From Glycera tridactyla (Eukaryota): DNA of 64,000 bases. Below the pieces are notes generated by a model. That model searched no databases. It saw only the letters and a list, made by a program, of their open reading frames with translations, and had not been told where the DNA came from. Below, in pieces: positions 1 to 13,385 of the stretch; the first letter of the stretch is position 1; each line of letters starts with the position of its first letter. The position numbers and the translations under genes were made by a program. The DNA lies in assembly GCA_965644265.1 (NCBI GenBank), contig OZ286473.1, forward strand, positions 53,940,001 to 54,004,000. Direction: 5' to 3'.

Positions 1-1395
1 CTGTCCGATCGTGGCAGAAACTTTGAATCACAGGTCATAGAGCAACTCTGCCGCTTACTGGGGATTAAAAAGGTCTTCACATGTCCTTACTCTCCCAGAA
101 GTGATGCAATATGTGAACGGTTTAACCGTACACTGATAGATATGGTAGGGACAATGTCAGAAAGGAAACGCTCATCATGGAGCAAATACCTTAGTCATTT
201 AACCAATATCTATAACTCGTCAATTCACAATTCAACTGGATTCTCTCCATTCGAATTGATCTTCGGAAGGAAAAGTAGACTCCCAGTAGACGTCCTTCTC
301 GGTACTTCTCCAGAGGAGACTGAGTTTGAAAATCTCAAACAGTATGTTGATTCCCTCAAGTCAAGACTGGAATTTGTTCATGGAATAGCCAACCAGTCAT
401 TAGAACTCTCCCATCTCACTAATAAGTCTCGATATGACGAGCGAGTGAGATCGTGTGTTTTGAGCCCTGGTGACAAGGTGCTAACTCGAAATGTGGGTAT
501 TCGAGGGATGCACAAGTTAAGTCCGACCTGGCTTCCTGAACTATATGAGGTAGTTAGAGAAGTGGATGGTGAAAAAAGAGTGTATGAGGTAAAAAACCTC
601 TCAAAACCTAGAAAACCCCATAGAATACTCCATGTGGACATGCTCAAGAATGTCTCTGAGCTTGAACACGAGTATTTCAGAACTCATCGCCCTAGGTCCC
701 TTGTATTAGGTGAGAATGTCGATGAAGGGGATTTAGTTCAGCTTTTCAAGGAGTCTGAGGAAAGTAGCTTACTTACCGGACCAGTCATACAACCTGGCCA
801 AGAAAAAGTTCGCTATCGTACTCGTGCTTCGAGGAAAAGGGGGCCTGTGGAAGAACCTTCCTCAGGTGATAGTAGCTCTGATTCTGACGTCTTAGAGGAC
901 AACAATTCTTTTGAACAAACTACGTGTGCTTCAAAAGATGAGTCATTAACATCTCTTGAAGGTGCGAATCATCCTGATGATCCTGAACTAGGAATAATGA
1001 TTCCAAATGAACCAGAAGATCTCTCACAAGAAATTGTGGTTCCCGCTGAATCAGTTCCATTACTGGACACTATGGAATCAGTCGACAATATAGTGAATGT
1101 TGTCGAAGGGGAGGATGTAGATCTACGGCAATCTACTGAATCATTACCTGACACTGTAGTAGTCCCTGAAGAAGAAATTGGACCGGTCGAACTGGACACT
1201 AGCCTTGAATCTACTAGTGATCTGTCGACGGCAGGACAGTCTGCAGGTTCTGCAGAACCTCCAATCCAGCCTGGAATCGGACTCCGGCTACCCTCTCGAA
1301 ACAGGCGCCCCCCAGAGAGGTATGGATTTGGTCTCATCAATATGTTATGGGGAGACAGACGAACAAAACCAATTGGCAAAATATCCCACATTTAG
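1..1395 (+). CDS. Ty3/gypsy LTR-retrotransposon Pol, 5'-partial: integrase core, GPY/F motif, C-terminal domain and long acidic tail
   Basis: Frame 1 is open from base 1: LSDRGRNFES...TCPYSPRSDAICERFNRTL (second D and E of the D,D35E triad), then GFSPFELIFGRKSRLPVD (GPY/F motif) and PGDKVL...LYEV...ILHVDMLK. It ends in a ~230-aa D/E/S-rich tail with RNRRPPERYG. Stop at 1393-1395. Confidence 0.93.
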   Translation: MSDRGRNFESQVIEQLCRLLGIKKVFTCPYSPRSDAICERFNRTLIDMVGTMSERKRSSWSKYLSHLTNIYNSSIHNSTGFSPFELIFGRKSRLPVDVLLGTSPEETEFENLKQYVDSLKSRLEFVHGIANQSLELSHLTNKSRYDERVRSCVLSPGDKVLTRNVGIRGMHKLSPTWLPELYEVVREVDGEKRVYEVKNLSKPRKPHRILHVDMLKNVSELEHEYFRTHRPRSLVLGENVDEGDLVQLFKESEESSLLTGPVIQPGQEKVRYRTRASRKRGPVEEPSSGDSSSDSDVLEDNNSFEQTTCASKDESLTSLEGANHPDDPELGIMIPNEPEDLSQEIVVPAESVPLLDTMESVDNIVNVVEGEDVDLRQSTESLPDTVVVPEEEIGPVELDTSLESTSDLSTAGQSAGSAEPPIQPGIGLRLPSRNRRPPERYGFGLINMLWGDRRTKPIGKISHI

Positions 1396-1570
1396 CCTTT
1401 CTTCAAAAACATAAACCAATTCACTTGGATCTTGAGTTGCTAGACAAACAGCTCTAAGTATAGATCTACCTTGTGTACAGGCCTGACTTTTTTGTTAAAA
1501 TAATCGTTGTTTTAGAAGTAACATTGTTTTCAAGAGTAGGGTTGTTACTGGGAAGTTGTAATTCTCTGGC

Positions 1571-1582
1571 AAGGAGAGAAGG
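1571..1582 (+). other. Polypurine tract (PPT) of the gypsy element
   Basis: AAGGAGAGAAGG lies ~175 bp after the pol stop and is immediately followed by TG. Confidence 0.65.
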
Positions 1583-3055
1583 TGAACTTTTCGTAACATT
1601 GTTTTTCGCGTTTTTTTCTGCAAAAAAAACATTTTCCACCCCGACCGTGTAACACCACGAAAAGGTCGTGATGTTATTTGATATGTAATATGGAATTATT
1701 ATGGTCTAGCCCTGGAACAGTGACATCTCGTCCCACAATCGAGGGTCTAATACTGTCCTTTTATGGCTATAGGCCTAGTTCTAGGATTACATGGGATGAG
1801 GAAATTAAATCTAACAAATCGTTGTTTCGGCAGTAAATTTCCTATTGACGGCTCAGTATAGCCCGTCTTGATCTTTTCAGTGGTAATCTCGATCATATGA
1901 CTGAACAGAGAGGAAGATACAACCCCTGCTCTGACTGCAGCTCTGATTCGATTTTGTCAGAAAAGAGGGAGCTAAATTCTCTGCCTGTGTAATTAACTCC
2001 GATTTGGATGATTTAAATTATGTGTATTTTAAGAGTCTAGATTTTCGGAGAGAATTGCAGTATTAATTGGAAACATAAACTACGTGATGTCAGAAAGTAT
2101 GACTGGACTGCGCCTAAGACTTTCAAAGTTATAGCAGGCTGAAGATCAAAGGAAGATCTAACAGATCTTCAAAGGCAAACAGGTGCCATTGTCTTGCAAC
2201 AGGTGTGAAGCGAGATATGCAGATCTCGTGCACGTGGAGATCTCGTGCACGTGGAGAACCACCGCTGCTCGAGTGAAAAGTGGAAGAGTCCACTTTGTAA
2301 ACCGATAGGGGAGTCCTTCACTGCTGCTATTGTAATTTCGCTACCCTCCTGCAAATAGCGTCACCGTCTCGACAAAATAGACTCTGCTAAAAAGAGCACA
2401 AGACACCTTCGCCCGTATCTAACGTAATTGTTTACCGTGAATAAAATCCGGACACATGATTGGTGGTTGGTGATATCATTGGTATCTTAGGAGAGATCGG
2501 TGTCAGCACCTATAACTGGGCTACTTGCAATGTGAAGATTACTTTCGACACATTCGCCCCGGAGGTCGCTGTCACTGGATCAGAAGTCTTGCAAGAAAGT
2601 TTGCAGATACCCTCCTTGATGCCTTAGGATATCGCTACTCCTAAAGTGCTCCACGGGAAGCCACCATCATGATCCATCACATGAGTTAAACATCTTTGAC
2701 AGGTCAGTAATTGTGAGGTGCATCACCAATTGTTAGCTACATTACGTAGGAGCATAGGTACACGAACACCCCACCACCCATGTGCCACCATGCATTCACC
2801 ACTGTGAAGCATGTTTTTCTCTGAAACTCTCTTCAATGACAGTGTGACTCATGAAATGTGCCGTGGAACTGTTCTTGTATTGTTACTGTGCCTCGTGATA
2901 CGTTTTGTGTGCCAAAATGTCCTCGCGGTTGATATTTCGTGACTATTCGTGTGTGGGGGTTGTGAGAGTGAAAGCCATCCATGTGACCGCGGTTTGTGAT
3001 GTTTTCCGGTGAAAGGACGAAGGCACGGTGAACGTGGACTCCATTGCCACATTCA
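1583..3055 (+). mobile_element. Putative 3' LTR of the gypsy element
   Basis: Starts TGAAC directly after the PPT; AATAAA at 2440-2445; candidate end ...CACATTCA at 3055 (TGAA/TTCA inverted termini). The right boundary cannot be confirmed because the 5' LTR is outside the window. Confidence 0.5.
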
Positions 3056-4559
3056 TAGGCCGTAATTCATCCGACAATTGTGTTTGAAGTGTCTGTTATT
3101 GAGAGATATGCGTATTATGTCCCAAATAGTCTATTTTCGCGATATACGTGGTCTATAACTCATAATTTCGGTAAAAGAGTGAATAAGATATCCATTTCGT
3201 CTCATAAATGTGCTATCCGGTATTTCTAATATCCGTGATTTGCATTGAGATGAATGGGGCTGTTAAGTCCAAGAATGTTGAATGTAGAACGCTCCAAAAG
3301 CGACCTGCATGCCTGAATGCTTCTTTTAAAGTGAGCGACTTGATCTCAATATAGAGTATTCTTTCAAAGTCAGACGGTTGTCTAGGTATCCAGACAGAAA
3401 TCGACATGACTTCGAGACGCCGGATCTGATCGAGAGACGCGCGGTGTGTGGCCTTGTTGGGTTAATTGTTCCCACGCCCTGGTTTAGATTCACGGACCGT
3501 TTTTGTCTTTGAAAGACGCTTCACTGTTTCTCAGCCAAAACTTATCAAAAACACTGTTTTTTGGACGTTTCTCACACAAAACGTTGTGTTTGCACAGTAT
3601 TTCGTGACTTTTGATAGCTAAACGTTGTTTTTGTGAAATCCCGTCATCGTGGAGACATTCTAGAGTATTTAGACGAAAGAATTCCGAAAATCACATTTCC
3701 TGCTGTTTCACGCTGTCATGAATGCTTCTTGCCTACACGTCTGTGATACAATATCTATTTGAGAGGGATACGACCAGTTTTGAGTGATTAGAGACCATTA
3801 TCTATGTAGATATATCGCATCTCTATGAAATGTTGTTCCGAGAATTCTCCGGACAAGAAAGTAAACATAGGCTTGTTTATGTTTGGTCCGTGGGATCAAG
3901 ACCACCTAGAATCACTCTAGAACCCGCGTAGAACACGTTTATAGAACACTCCATACACGGTTGTTCATATACTGTGCCCTAAAATGTTCCCAAAGCACGT
4001 GACCTACTTTTCGAACTTAGACCCTTGTGGAAAGACCAACCTCGAATTTGTGACCATTCGTGATTTTCCATGATTTTTCACACTTACGGTTGATTTATAA
4101 GGTGTTTAGACCGAATTCTGGCAATTCTGGCTTTGTCTGATACATCTGTCCAGGTTTGAGACCAACCAACCTAAACCAATCACGTATGACCAATATTGGT
4201 TGAACCAATCTCAGATTTCACCTATCAGCCATGTTCAAAACCAATGTTGCAGTATTTGTGAAATCCTCAGTTGATTTGGCGCTTCAGATTTCATGTTTGT
4301 GAGATATTTCGCCCCCAACCAATTTCCAACCAAATCGCAACCTTTTTGAACTATCCGCCGTTTGTAGATAAATTCACTGTATCTATAATTCATGCGATAA
4401 AAGTTGTTGGCCCAACTGTCATGTGTGATGATGTGAAATATGAAGTCTCTACCTTGAAAACTCGAGGTGTGACGGATTTCGCTAGCTTTTGACTCTGTTC
4501 ACCAGCATTCGATATATTTTCCGGAAAAAGTCAAATTCGTCAATTTTCAAAATATCTCT

Positions 4560-4880
4560 GATTTCATGTGCTCAAATAGTCACAGATATTCATATCTAGC
4601 TGTGGTGAGTTTCTCAACCTCCTAGCTTCAATATTAAGCTCAGGAGAACGATTTTGAGATTTTGGTCGGCCATTTTGGACGCCATCTTGAATTCTCTGAG
4701 TTTAGATCATATCGATTCAAAATCGTTCCAAATGGAAGCCTGGTGATTCAAATAGTGTGTGTGAGAATACCAGCTTTGTATCTCATTGGAGTTGGTCTGC
4801 AGCGGCCAGTTTATATTTGGCGGCCATCTTGAAATTTCTTACTTTCAATTAGATTCGCTCAATTTACGACTTTTGACCTT
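4560..4880. repeat. Non-autonomous dispersed repeat rich in GGCCATTTTGG / GCCATCTTG motifs
   Basis: GGCCATTTTGGACGCCATCTTGAA and GGCGGCCATCTTGAAA recur here; the same motifs recur at 55370-55915. Boundaries approximate. Confidence 0.35.
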
Positions 4881-4899
4881 CAGGAACCCTCACAGTATA

Positions 4900-7400
4900 T
4901 CTACAACAATTCCAAGCCACATGTTACACCCATTCCATTTCGTGAAGACACTTTGTAGCTCTCGTAGTGCTTTTAGTCATCTTAGCCAATTTAGCTTGTC
5001 AATTTCAGTCAAATAGCCTCCTTGTCTTCTTTTCTTGTGTCAAGAAGTATTTGGCTATGGAATAACAAGAACAGATAGGAAATTCTTGTCACACAGGAAT
5101 AGGTAGTGAACTTGTAGAATTCCATTCGGAATTCACTGTGTTGCTTGCCATTGAGGGTGGTCCTCAGTTGACCTCCATATATGGCCAGGTGAGAGTTTTG
5201 ACTTGTTTACAATTGATAGCCTCTTAGAACATCATGACACTTGCTATTTCTCAATGGAATTTATTTAATTCTTGCAATTGATAGTGAGTAGTTCTCTTTG
5301 AAATGGCACTCAATTAATTGAGAAATTGAAATTTCTTGATTTTGCAAGCAATTTCTTTTGTGAAATCACTTAGAATAATTTCAACAAATAAAAATAGCAG
5401 AATCAGTCCACAGTCATGCCAACTGGATGCATAGTTGAACATTGTCTGTTTTCGGATCCTGATTCGGGCTATTGCTCTACTAATGCTAACTTGAATCAAA
5501 CAAAGTTCATGCAAATCAGCTACGTGCTTTCTTGTTAGAATGATTGTTGATGGCATTAGTATTGCAGGTGATCACTTGATTAAAAGTAGTCTCGGCTCAA
5601 CAAATATTTTTCGAGCTTAACTATCTCAACTCTGGTTAGTCTTAACTGATTGTTGGAGTTAGTATGAACAACATAGAACCCAATGTCTGCCATTTAGTTA
5701 GTGGATACATGGAACATTGCCTTTACATGGAATGTTCAATTCTCTTAACTATAGTCTCTTCGAATGAATCAGGAACAATATAAAATACCAAAAAAACTGC
5801 AAACTAAAACGATATAACATAAACTTTGATTTAGTTTTCATACCACACATGGATGCTGAGGGAATTTGGGTTTCTTCTTTTCCTGTAGCGGCAGCATGCA
5901 TGCCATGGCTTACTGGTCGTCAGCCGAACGTTTCCAGTGCTAGAAGTCGTGGAGTGGCCTTCGGGGCGATCTTCCTTTGGAAGGATACTTTGGAATTCCT
6001 TCCTGATTTGCTGCGAGGTGTCTTGCCTTCGGTGACATCTTCGATGACATCATTCGGTGACATCCTTCGTGCAATCCGAAAGTCGTCTGTAGAGTAGAGC
6101 GTTCGTCATCAGCCGACTTTGCTGTAATGTTGAGTATAGTTGGTATGGACTGAACTCCGATGACCTTCGTTCAGCTCGAGCGATACTTGACGTTGTGAGA
6201 GTGTGTTGTCTACGACATCTTGTGACGACATCTCGTGACGTTACGACATCTTCTGAATCGGTATGCAGCATGGTGCATTGCAGTCGTCCAGCACTGCATG
6301 GTAACTGGTAATGTGTTTCACCTTGCCACATCTTAAGATTCACTGATGAACAATCCAGTGGTGAAAACCGGTTGACTTTGTTCACTGTAGTGAACCCATT
6401 TGAGTGACACTGTCCCCGACAGAGTATGAATACCCTTGTCCTGGTTGATAGTCTCCAAGCTTCTCTTGGGCACATTTCTCACAGTTTGAACTCTTTAGTC
6501 AAATTGCAGCGTGTTACACTGTGAACACTATTCTTTGAACACTTCTTTGGTGTTGAATTTCAATTTAGAATTGAATTCTTTAGTCTTGAAGCGTCATTCG
6601 TCTTCATGGACTTCCAAATTCTTCTTTAAAGTGTTCAAATACCTGATGAACTCTTTCCAGCTTTAGCGGCCTGCCGTATGCTTGAGCAAATCAGCGATAT
6701 GTGTGTTGTGTGTGCTACAGCGCTTTGCTTCTTTCCATCGGAGCGTGACTTGTAGGTGCATTCGCAGTTAACATTGAACGCCTCCCGGTGTTTCTTTCAT
6801 TCACTCTCTGGCTCATCGCTATGAAGATTATCGCTTTATAATGACCAGCATCACTTCGACTTAAGTTCTTTCTTGATCCCAGAGTTAGAACTTGAATGTT
6901 TCGAAGCTGAACTTGGTCCACGAAGTTATTGTAGAATATCATCTTTAAATCGCACCGTCCGCTCGTGTAGTCTTGGAAATTGTTTAGATTCGGTATTTGC
7001 TGAGATGAGATGACGTGTTCGGTTCTGTGTTATCATAGACTCGAAATGTTTTCTCTGTCTTTATAGCGTATCGTTTCGGAACCAATAATTTCAGAGGATC
7101 TACACACTTGAGTTGGGTTGAACGTGGGTAGATAAGTTGAGATCTTTTGATCTTCCAATTCATTTTCATCCATCATTTATATTTCCTGTCCCTTACACAC
7201 ACTAACCATGTGCACTTCTTCCCTGGATCCGACTGGGTGAGCATGGAGCAGAAAGTGTGTTGACTGCGGATATTTGGGTGTAAGTTGAGTATCTGTGACA
7301 TTGAATGTGAATGATGATGCGAATACTTCTACTTTGAAGTACTTGGAGATCCGCCAGCTTATGCTTTCTATTTTCATACTTGATATCAAGAAGAGAAGGG
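4900..7400 (-). pseudogene. Heavily decayed gypsy-like gag-protease remnant
   Basis: Manual minus-strand translation gives a degenerate zinc knuckle (ILRCGKVKHITSYH, ~6299-6339), K/E/S-rich gag-like stretches, and a degenerate aspartic-protease site (TLFDSS, 5489-5506) in gag-then-protease order. Many stops. Confidence 0.35.
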
Positions 7401-8566
7401 TGATGGAGCGAGGAGGAGAGTTATTCCTACAATAAATGAATCTAAATCAATATCTGTTACTCATTTGTTCCGTGTTTCAATGCCTGTCTCTGAACAAAAC
7501 ATGCTCTTCACATTATGAATCTTGAATCACAGTTGGTTGCCTGAGGAAAGATTATTCACAATCACGCTTTTTTGTTGTCTACCCTAGACAACGTTTTGAT
7601 AATCAGTAAGAGTAGCACAGTCCTTAACAAAAGGGACTGAGGAAATTCCTAGGGCCTAGTTTTATACTTGCTATTTCTTACCTCTGAGGTCACTTGATTG
7701 CTTGAGTTCCCAGCCAGACAAAATATTGAACAGACGTAAGGATTTCAACACAGTTCCTTGAGACCAGGGAATCTATCAGAGTCTTTATAAGAATATTTTA
7801 CAAGCAAGCATTTTGACTCTCGGATCGAAGGATTACAAAGATGTACAAATTATTTGGTGTGATTAAATGAATCAATCAAGAAGTGTTAATGTGGTCAAAC
7901 ATATGTTGATGTATTATTTTATAGTCCTGTGAAGAAGTCCCCATTGATTGATGTGTCAGATGGGGAGTAGCCATAATTTAACACAATCACCAAGGTGTGG
8001 TGCTTCCATGATTATAATGAAAAAACACCTTCACCAGAAGTATAGTCTCTATAAGTTACATTCACCAATCATTACTTGCAGCATATACATTCAAGAGTAA
8101 GAAGTGTGCCTGCCAATTGCTGTCATTGTAAATATTGTGATACCTAAAAAATTTTTTAAGTCCAGAAGCTGTCAAGAAAGCATCAAACAATATTTATCCC
8201 AACAATCACATGCACCAAGAACTCACATTAATGTCAACTGCAAGATGTGTGTGTATGTCCACTCAGATACTAATACAAACAAAGGCTGGGTATGAAAGCT
8301 AGCACTCATGAAGAAGAACAGATCGAAATGACAGCGATCCAAATTTGGCGCCAATATGCTCGTACCCAGCTTGTCCGTGATTGGTCGGCTCAGTCACATG
8401 ACCGGTTCGGGATTCCCTCATCAATGATGACGTAGGTAGTCCCGGCCCGAAACTTCCCGATCGCCTCCGAAGATGGCCGAAGAATCCGACCTCGTGGCTG
8501 AAAGTTTCCAACATCAAAATAAATATGACCGATAACACTCACCAAATGTTACATTCTTCTTTGTGT

Positions 8567-9361
8567 TTACGCTTGTTCGAAGACCACTTTCGTCTTGATA
8601 AAGATGCGTAGCCCGGCCATGATAGCCCTCCTGAGCTGATAGTAGTATTTTCGGAACGCAGGATCCGACCAATCCCTTCCAGGGTGGATGAAATCCGGCG
8701 ACCAACTCGATACCGACAATGTTTCGCCTCGAGGGGTACAGGCGAAACCTTTCACGTAGTAGAAGCCAATGCGTCTCCGGAAGGCGGCTTGCCTTGCCAT
8801 CTCACTGTTGAATCTGTCCATTAGCAGTATGAAACTACGTGGAGGAGCCGGGAAACCCGCCTCCCTCTTGATGACCGACATGAAGATGACAGATTTTACT
8901 CCACGGTCGTTGATCCAATCCAGCGCGTCGGCCATCATGCGTTTTGCTAGTTCTTCCGGCGAACCAACATGGTGTCGGAGTACGTTACAAATCTCATTCG
9001 ACCCCATGTTTACGATCAATAGGTCCGGGTGTTCGGCCAAGGAACGTTGTATGGCCGCTTGCCATGGCGCTGTCCCGTAGACATATGCCCAATCGAAAGT
9101 AACTTGAGTAAAGCGTTCATCAAGCCACATAACATGTGCGTATGAAGATGGTCTCGAAGGTCCGGTCAACCCCAGTGCCTGTATCTCTCTATCGCAATGT
9201 CGTTGGACATCGCGAATGAAAGAATTTCCTATGACCGCGGCTTTGCAGCCTTCGTCCTCCCTCGTATACCAGTTGTCGAGTTCTTCCATCTTCGCGTTGT
9301 CTTTTGGCATAGTCACGTCTTGCTCGTAGAACGAAACAAGTGAAACTGGCTTCAGCCTCAT
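8567..9361 (-). CDS. Intronless SGNH/GDSL hydrolase-like ORF (264 aa), probably transposon-associated
   Basis: All SGNH blocks occur in order: block I AAVIGNSFIR (nucleophile Ser), block III IVNMGSNE (GxN), VIFMSVI strand, block V PDFIHP (DxxH). No internal stops. Confidence 0.8.
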   Translation of the reverse strand: MRLKPVSLVSFYEQDVTMPKDNAKMEELDNWYTREDEGCKAAVIGNSFIRDVQRHCDREIQALGLTGPSRPSSYAHVMWLDERFTQVTFDWAYVYGTAPWQAAIQRSLAEHPDLLIVNMGSNEICNVLRHHVGSPEELAKRMMADALDWINDRGVKSVIFMSVIKREAGFPAPPRSFILLMDRFNSEMARQAAFRRRIGFYYVKGFACTPRGETLSVSSWSPDFIHPGRDWSDPAFRKYYYQLRRAIMAGLRIFIKTKVVFEQA

Positions 9362-12300
9362 TATGGGCTGGCGTGTATGCTATTTTCGTGCCAGGTGAGC
9401 GATTCCCCGCAGCAAACGTATTCAACTGTTTCGATTGGCCAATCTCAATATATATAGTGTTTTCGTTACTCCTCTCCAAAATACATTGTTTTGGTACAAT
9501 GTGGTTTTCTCCAGCGATAGTTTTTGAATGATGGGAAATTGTTGGTCTGACGGCCATCCACCTGTCAGTCTGTCTGTCTATCTGACTGTCTGTCCAGCCA
9601 TTCATCAATAATCCACTCCAACCAAACCAATCCCTTCATCCATCCTTCCACTCATCGTCCATCCAACCGTTCCTTCATCGTTGGAGAGAGACCAAAACCA
9701 GCGATATCTGGGTGAATCACAATCATTGTGGGTGCTCCTGCTAGTCTGAACAAATATTGCCAATCTCCCATGTGTGCTCGATAACGCTTGTCAACACATA
9801 CGATTCAATCACTTTCACTCACCTCCACACGGTTGAAGAGAGGCGGATAACGTTTGTTGTGATGATGATAGGTATCATTCCATGCTCGGTCCCTCCCTAA
9901 ACCGTCATCTGGCGACAGAGAATTACAACCATTACCTGATTATCCATATGAATGATAGCACCAAAATGAAATTCGGATATCCTTGAAAGGAGGCATAACT
10001 GTATAGATACAAAATGTGCTGTCTTATACCAAGACAAGTGATGACAATCTTTGGTCCACTTGACCCACGCAGATGTGATCCGGATGGGAATCACATTGGC
10101 TTCATTAACCCTGGGGAATTATACGACTTGGCGGCCAGTGAAGATGAAACTATTGGAGGATGATATCATGCTGTAACATGTCATTAAATTTGTCGTTGTC
10201 TGTATGCCATGGCTGACTACATTTTGCATGTCAGCTGTAAGCGTGTCTGCGCACGCGTGTATGTGTGTTTGTTTGCGCGCGCGCGCGTGTGTGTGTGTGT
10301 GGTACAGCAAAAGGGGGGGGGGGCTTGCAATGTGTTCCAAGCGATGTGTGTTTCAATCGGACTAGAAGAGGTTGTTGCTCAAACCCAACGAGAAATCTCC
10401 GTATTGGGCTGGAGCATTTGGTTCACTTTATCGATACCAAAACGTGAGTGCGCACGTGTACGTGTGGTGTGTGTGAGTGTGCGTGCGTGTGTGCGTTCGT
10501 ATGTCATACAGTCGATGTGAGAGAGCGTACTTATATGTGCGAATGCGCGCGCGTACGTGTTGTTGTTTATGTGGTGCTAATAAAAACAAACGAGAACCGG
10601 GCAGATCTTTGTATACATTCACTTGAAGCTCTCGAAAGCTGCGAGTTTCACATAACCAGGTAAAAGTAGTAGTACCCCCAGGGGGTAAGTGTTATAGGGT
10701 ATCCGCTTCGCGAGAGAGGGTGAAATCATTCGGGCCAGTAGCTGTCAATGATGTAGCATCTGGGCCTGCAGCGATGGGGGCTTCACTCAAAAGGTCAACA
10801 AGTGATTTCGAACTGATGCTCGGCAGACAGGTGCTGACGGCCCACAGCGAAACTGGGATTTACTGTCGCCATTCCGTATTTTAGACAATGAAATTCACAG
10901 ACGGAAAACCAGAGACTTCCATGCCCCCGGTTCCAAGTTCTAGGCAAATGCTTATCTTCATGCGATGCCAGAATTTCCACAATCTTTCGGAATTTGGACG
11001 GATATTCTAAGAAGGGAGGCGTAGATTGAGGTGTTTCCCACACAATTCTTATCAACCGAAAGAACCAGAGATTCTACGTACAAATACTGCGGACCCCAAC
11101 ACTCTGACTTGAAATTGTCCGTATCTTGGACCATTTCTTCTGCACTTTCTCGCGAACTAACCAAAAATTCGTCTTTCTAACGCACATCTTTGCCATCCTT
11201 GAGAATTCATATGTTTCAAATGAGCGTCGTTGTCAAAATTTATGAATTTGTTTTGTTTCTTTGGCGAGGGCTTCTAGTGATTCAACAAATTCCCTGGTCG
11301 CCGGAATTTTTACTGTGAATAAAATAACGCACAACCTTGAAAATTCACCTCTGCGAAATAGTTCCACAGATTTCAGTATCTGAAACCCAGAAGGCCACAT
11401 GCTGATGAATAAATCCAAGGTCTGATATTTGCCTCAAAGGATTGGAGAGTCTCTAATAACTCAGGTAAACAAATAAGGCAGCGTAAGACAGAAGGCCTCA
11501 TACATTTTAGTCGATAGAGGTAATTTCAATGCATTCTTCCATAATTATTCATTGGGAGATGCCATCGAACTAAACGGCAGTCAAAATGTCGCCGATGAAA
11601 ACAGTCGAAGTGTGAGTGTATCATTTGACAGCTCATAATTGTTCGTTGCCATGTCCTGTCAAAATGTGTCATGACCGGGGACAATAAATGTCAATCGGAA
11701 GCGACGAAACGTCATGACAGGGAACGGAGTCAAATTTGTCAAAGATGCAGTGGATTTGAATAATTGTTTTTGACTTCCTGAAATGTGAGACACGATGTAT
11801 GTGTCACTCTCTAACCTGGATATTCATGTGCACTTGAATATATATTTGTTGGTGCATTGTTGCGCATGAGATAGTGTGGTGAGTTAGGGCTCTATCATTC
11901 CGGCAATAATTAGTTCTTTCATCAAAAAAGACAAACAGCTAAAAAAATCATGAATAATTTGGAAAAGGCCAATGAACAAACCCTTTCTGAGATGCTAACC
12001 AGGGAGATCTTACATCATTAGAGTATGAACTGCGTTTCAAACACGTTTATTCGCATGGCAATCCAATATATCAAGAGTTCAGACAATAGGTATAAAGAGA
12101 AGAATTCGTGAATTGAACGTGTTCCATTCCGCAAGCTATTTTGAAATGAATATCAAACGGATAGATGAACAACTACCCTATGAACTGACCTTTACCTCCC
12201 CCGCCCATGGTCGCTTCAGTGATGAAATCGGTCTCAATTGACGGGTAGCCTGTCACGCCGACTGCGACCTTCTACCTGACGGGACGATCGGGTACCAGAC

Positions 12301-13385
12301 CAATCAGCAACGAATGCAGCAATGGATAGAGTAATAGCTCATTGTCTATGTTTTCGCTGGAATCGGTGTGAATACGATCCTCGCGAATATATTCTATTGC
12401 TCGTTATTACTCCAGTTCGAAAGGGTGAAGTCCACGCCCAAAGAAAAGTCCGGAAATCGCTGACGTTGAATTCGAAGAAAACAGTAGTTTCCAGCCAACT
12501 CGATCTTGCCTACATGCTATGAATATTCTCCAGAACTTTGGTTCTTTCTCAGACTAACTCTGCGAGTGGTGTTTTCTGCTCGGCGAAGGGGCGAGTGCGC
12601 AGTGTTACGGCCAGCCCCGACCCAACCCCTGCCACTACAACCACCCACCCCTCCATGACGCAGAGCAGCTGCTAGGGGTGAGGGGTATTCAGCAAACGCG
12701 AGGTAGATCTGAGAAAAAAACATCCCGATGTTCTGTTAATGCTAGGTACGCTCTTCCCCGAAATTGTTTAGAATATCACCAATATGCAGTTGATTTTGTT
12801 TGTGAAGGTACATGAAGATTAGTGAAATAAGTCACATGTGGGCCTGCTTCACACCTGGACACTATGATGTTATTTCTGTAATTTGACGATTTTGTCTCAG
12901 TAAAGAAAGTGGATACAATGTGGTGAAGCGAGTCTTATACTCTACTTGTGGTGGTGTGGCAAATGGTGCAATGTTAGCTCCACACCTTTACCTCTCTACT
13001 CGAGGTTGAGATGCTAGGGCTGGATCTGTGATTGATTGCCCCCTTCTATGACCTACTTGTAAAGATATTCGAATAGAAGTTCTTGTTAAAAAGTGGAATG
13101 AATCGGGGTCGATCTAGAAAGTCAATGACCTGTATCTGTGAAAATGTCACCGCCACCACCACAAGCACCCCGTCGCACCGCAGCTGCCATGACTACCAAC
13201 ACCAACACCGCTAAGTCATCCCCGTCNNNNNNNNNNNNNNNNNNNNNNNNNNNNNNNNNNNNNNNNNNNNNNNNNNNNNNNNNNNNNNNNNNNNNNNNNN
13301 NNNNNNNNNNNNNNNNNNNNNNNNNNNNNNNNNNNNNNNNNNNNNNNNNNNNNNNNNNNNNNNNNNNNNNNNNNNNNNNNNNNNN

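Noticed and set aside
378-1414. Antisense and alternate-frame ORFs over the gypsy pol (also those over the SGNH, PLE, LINE and GT ORFs)
   Set aside because: Shadow ORFs of real coding sequence, with no independent motifs.
6343-6372. CTGATGA...GAAA hammerhead-like string
   Set aside because: Stem II is weak, no matching stem I or III was found, and it lies within the decayed retroelement remnant.
8401-8424. Hammerhead-like core on the minus strand (TTGATGA-GGGAATCCC-GAAC)
   Set aside because: It has U instead of C3 and GAAC instead of GAAA, and I found no complementary stem III/UH partner nearby. At most a decayed relic.
10665-10710. Second HINE 3' end on the minus strand (hairpin TACCCC-CAG-GGGGTA next to TAGTAGTA)
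   Set aside because: No matching 5' subTIR was found, so the element cannot be delimited.
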